Assembly (NCBI GenBank): GCA_903813345.2
Contig: CAIIXF020000001.1
Span: forward strand, 22,444,001 to 22,508,000
Reading direction: 5' to 3'
Origin: Owenia fusiformis
Lineage: Eukaryota
DNA: 64,000 nt
The notes beneath the pieces were generated by a model. The model had not been told where the DNA came from and ran no database searches. It saw only the letters and a list, made by a program, of their open reading frames with translations. A program made the position numbers and the translations under genes. Positions 61,724 to 64,000 of this stretch are shown here, in pieces. Numbering within the stretch: the first letter of the stretch is position 1; each line of letters starts with the position of its first letter.

Positions 61724-63027
61724 ACCGTTGCACAATCATTGTACAATCATTGATCCGATCATTTATGCAACCATGCCAACCGTTACGATGCAACCATTAC
61801 AATTTTGGTTGTAAACTCATTGAAATATTTCAATCATATGTAACCATTGTAAACGCTTGACAATTTTGGTTGCATTTCTTGCAACCGTTTCAATCGAATG
61901 CAACCCTTTAAAACTATGGCAATTTTATCTCAATACAACATAAAATAATTATCTTGCTCTTTAAAAAAAATATATTTCAAATGTGTCTATTTCATGCATA
62001 CTGTACATGTCAGAATTTAAATGGTTTGATCAAAAAGATATTTAAAGTATTGAAATAGTTAAGTAAACTTGTCTTGTGAATGAAAATATATTGAACCAAA
62101 TGACTATTTTACAAAATCACTTCACTACTTTTTAAGTTATTGCAAAATCATTTGAAAAATTTTTTGATTGGGTCAAGTCTTCAAGGATTTTACACTTCAC
62201 CTTGCAATCATTGCAATTATAAAGGAAGGAAGATGTGTCTGGAAGGAAGAAATCCTTCAATGGGAAAATAATCTGTTTTGATTTGATAGAGAAAATGCAA
62301 TCAGACATTACAGGATGTGTTTTAAATAATTAAGTCGATAATCATACAGTAACTTAAAAAACTCTGATCACAGTTAGACTCAGTCTATCTAGTTTGATTA
62401 GAGTCTGCTTTGAAGGATGTGTCTAAAGAAACTTTATTAATCCATAAACAAAACAAAAATAATTCGGCAAGGCAAAACAAACCTTATTATATCAGTTTGA
62501 TTAGAGTCTGCTATAAAGAAAGCATCCTATGTAATTTAAATTATTCCATACACAGAACTTGATAAATAATTTGCCAAAGAAAATCTCCCATATTTTCCTC
62601 CAGATTTTTCCAAGTTTAGAGTTTTGAAAAATAAGCCCTGTTTTTGGTTTTTATTTTTTAATCATCAACACATATCATTTAGACTGAAAACACTTTTCAG
62701 TACAAATGCTCTGCCCTAGTGAATAAAGTAAAACCATGGACTTTCAATCTATTGAATGTCTATGGTAAAACAAACTAAATAAAAATGAAATAAAAAATTC
62801 TGAAAATATTATTTGCAGTTTCATATACTTGCTATTTGAGATTTCTCAGCACTTATTGAAGTAATTGAATAAAGAAATAAACCCTCAAAAATCTGAAAAC
62901 ACTTTTTAAATTTTAACTCCCCCCCCCTCTGCATGAAATAGATAATTAAAATAAATATATAGTATAACACAAGATGAAAATAGATATAACAGAAACTAGG
63001 ACTATGAACCCTTTTTCTGGTCAAGCA

Positions 63028-63117
63028 TTTTAATTAGCCGTTCAACCGTTTTAATTAGCTGTTCAACCGTTTTAATTAGCTGTTCAACCGTTTTAATTGG
63101 CTGTTCAAGCATTTTGA
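63028..63117. repeat. 21-bp tandem repeat, about 4 copies
   Basis: Unit TTTTAATTAGCTGTTCAACCG. Confidence 0.85.
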
Positions 63118-63242
63118 TTTTCTTAAACCCATGAGAATATCAATATGTAGTAGGTATTGTTGTGTTGAGCATTGTTATAAAAAATATTTGCCAAGAAAGA
63201 ACATGGTAATTAAATCTGTTGTGAAAATGTGTTTCACACATA

Positions 63243-64000
63243 CAGGGTGTTCCAAAAGTAACAGGACTGGTGCTGGTATTTTGTCAATTTTGCACCGAGT
63301 GTTTTCAAATTTTTACAAATCGTACTTTGAAGTATTGCAACTAAAATTGTATAGTTTCAGAAAAAATGATGAAATGCGGCTAGAGTTGTGGTTACTATAG
63401 CAACATGACATCACAATACCCGGGGCAACTTTTTTCTGAAAATGTGATATCTAACATTTTTGTATTACTGAAGGAAGTATCCATTTCACCTATTATAATA
63501 CAACATTTCTTATTTATTTTATTAGTTGCTTTGTTGTAAAGGTGTTGCTATAAAACTCAGATTCAAGTCTAATTTCATTATAATAATATTTATTCAATTT
63601 CCTGGAATATCACTATGAATTACAGTCTGAACAATTTGTGGTTGAGTATTTGAAAAGACCCAATTTGAAGCCAGTCATCCACCTTGATAAGGCGCCTGCC
63701 CGCAGGTCACCATTAAAGACCATGCAGCTATAGAGAAGCTAGGTCTTGAGTTCTAAAAAAATGTACCATACTCTTCTGATCATGCAACATCCAATTTTTA
63801 CTTACATGGGAAATGGAATGCTAATCAGTGCTGTAAGATCTTTAAAGATGAGAATGACCTTCTCCAAGTTGTTCAATCGACCATGCGTGACATGTTCTCA
63901 AATGGGTTCACTCATGTGTCATGGATACAGAGTGTTACTCTTCTACTGACCAAATAGGAGCCTATTTTTCAAAGTACATAGGATACATAGGAATATCAAA
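63243..64000 (+). mobile_element. Left part of a decayed Tc1/mariner (DD37D-like) transposon running off the window
   Basis: TA|CAGGGTGTTCCAAAAGTAAC resembles the TIR at 32613; weak relic transposase-like peptides (NFYLHG at ~63794, IGAYF at ~63955). Confidence 0.55.

Noticed and set aside
61682-63120. Defined transposon truncating the RNase H domain
   Set aside because: GCAACC-rich repeats suggest an element end, but no matching opposite TIR or TSD was found in the window.

Overview
AT-rich, intron-rich metazoan genomic DNA, probably a lophotrochozoan such as a mollusc (inferred from the repeat repertoire); not prokaryotic, no CRISPR, rRNA or true tRNA genes. Three spliced protein-coding genes were reconstructed by hand with phase-consistent GT-AG junctions: (1) the 3' end of a Tudor-domain gene resembling TDRD7/tapas (+, <1..5537); (2) an uncharacterised, highly charged/disordered protein of about 514 aa (-, 9231..19303); (3) a Reeler-DOMON-cytochrome b561 ferric-chelate reductase 1 (FRRS1/SDR2) homolog of about 608 aa (-, 31513..47610). 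The rest is densely filled with non-autonomous transposons (hAT, Tc1/mariner, Mutator/foldback-like, Harbinger, piggyBac-like, CAC-ended 5-bp-TSD elements), Helentron-associated DINE-1/CvA-type satellite carriers, two tRNA-derived SINEs and two decayed LINEs (55.6-61.7 kb). Best leads: a circularly permuted twister-ribozyme fold with compensatory base changes inside a 352-bp non-coding insertion (810-1161; candidate twister-driven retrozyme-like element); a pair of tandem-duplicated 100-nt FRRS1 exons that look mutually exclusive and carry a heme-ligating His; an inverted pair of minimal hammerhead ribozymes (7349-7472); and a minisatellite built from an exon end plus its 5' splice site. All calls are by eye, without database searches or folding software.
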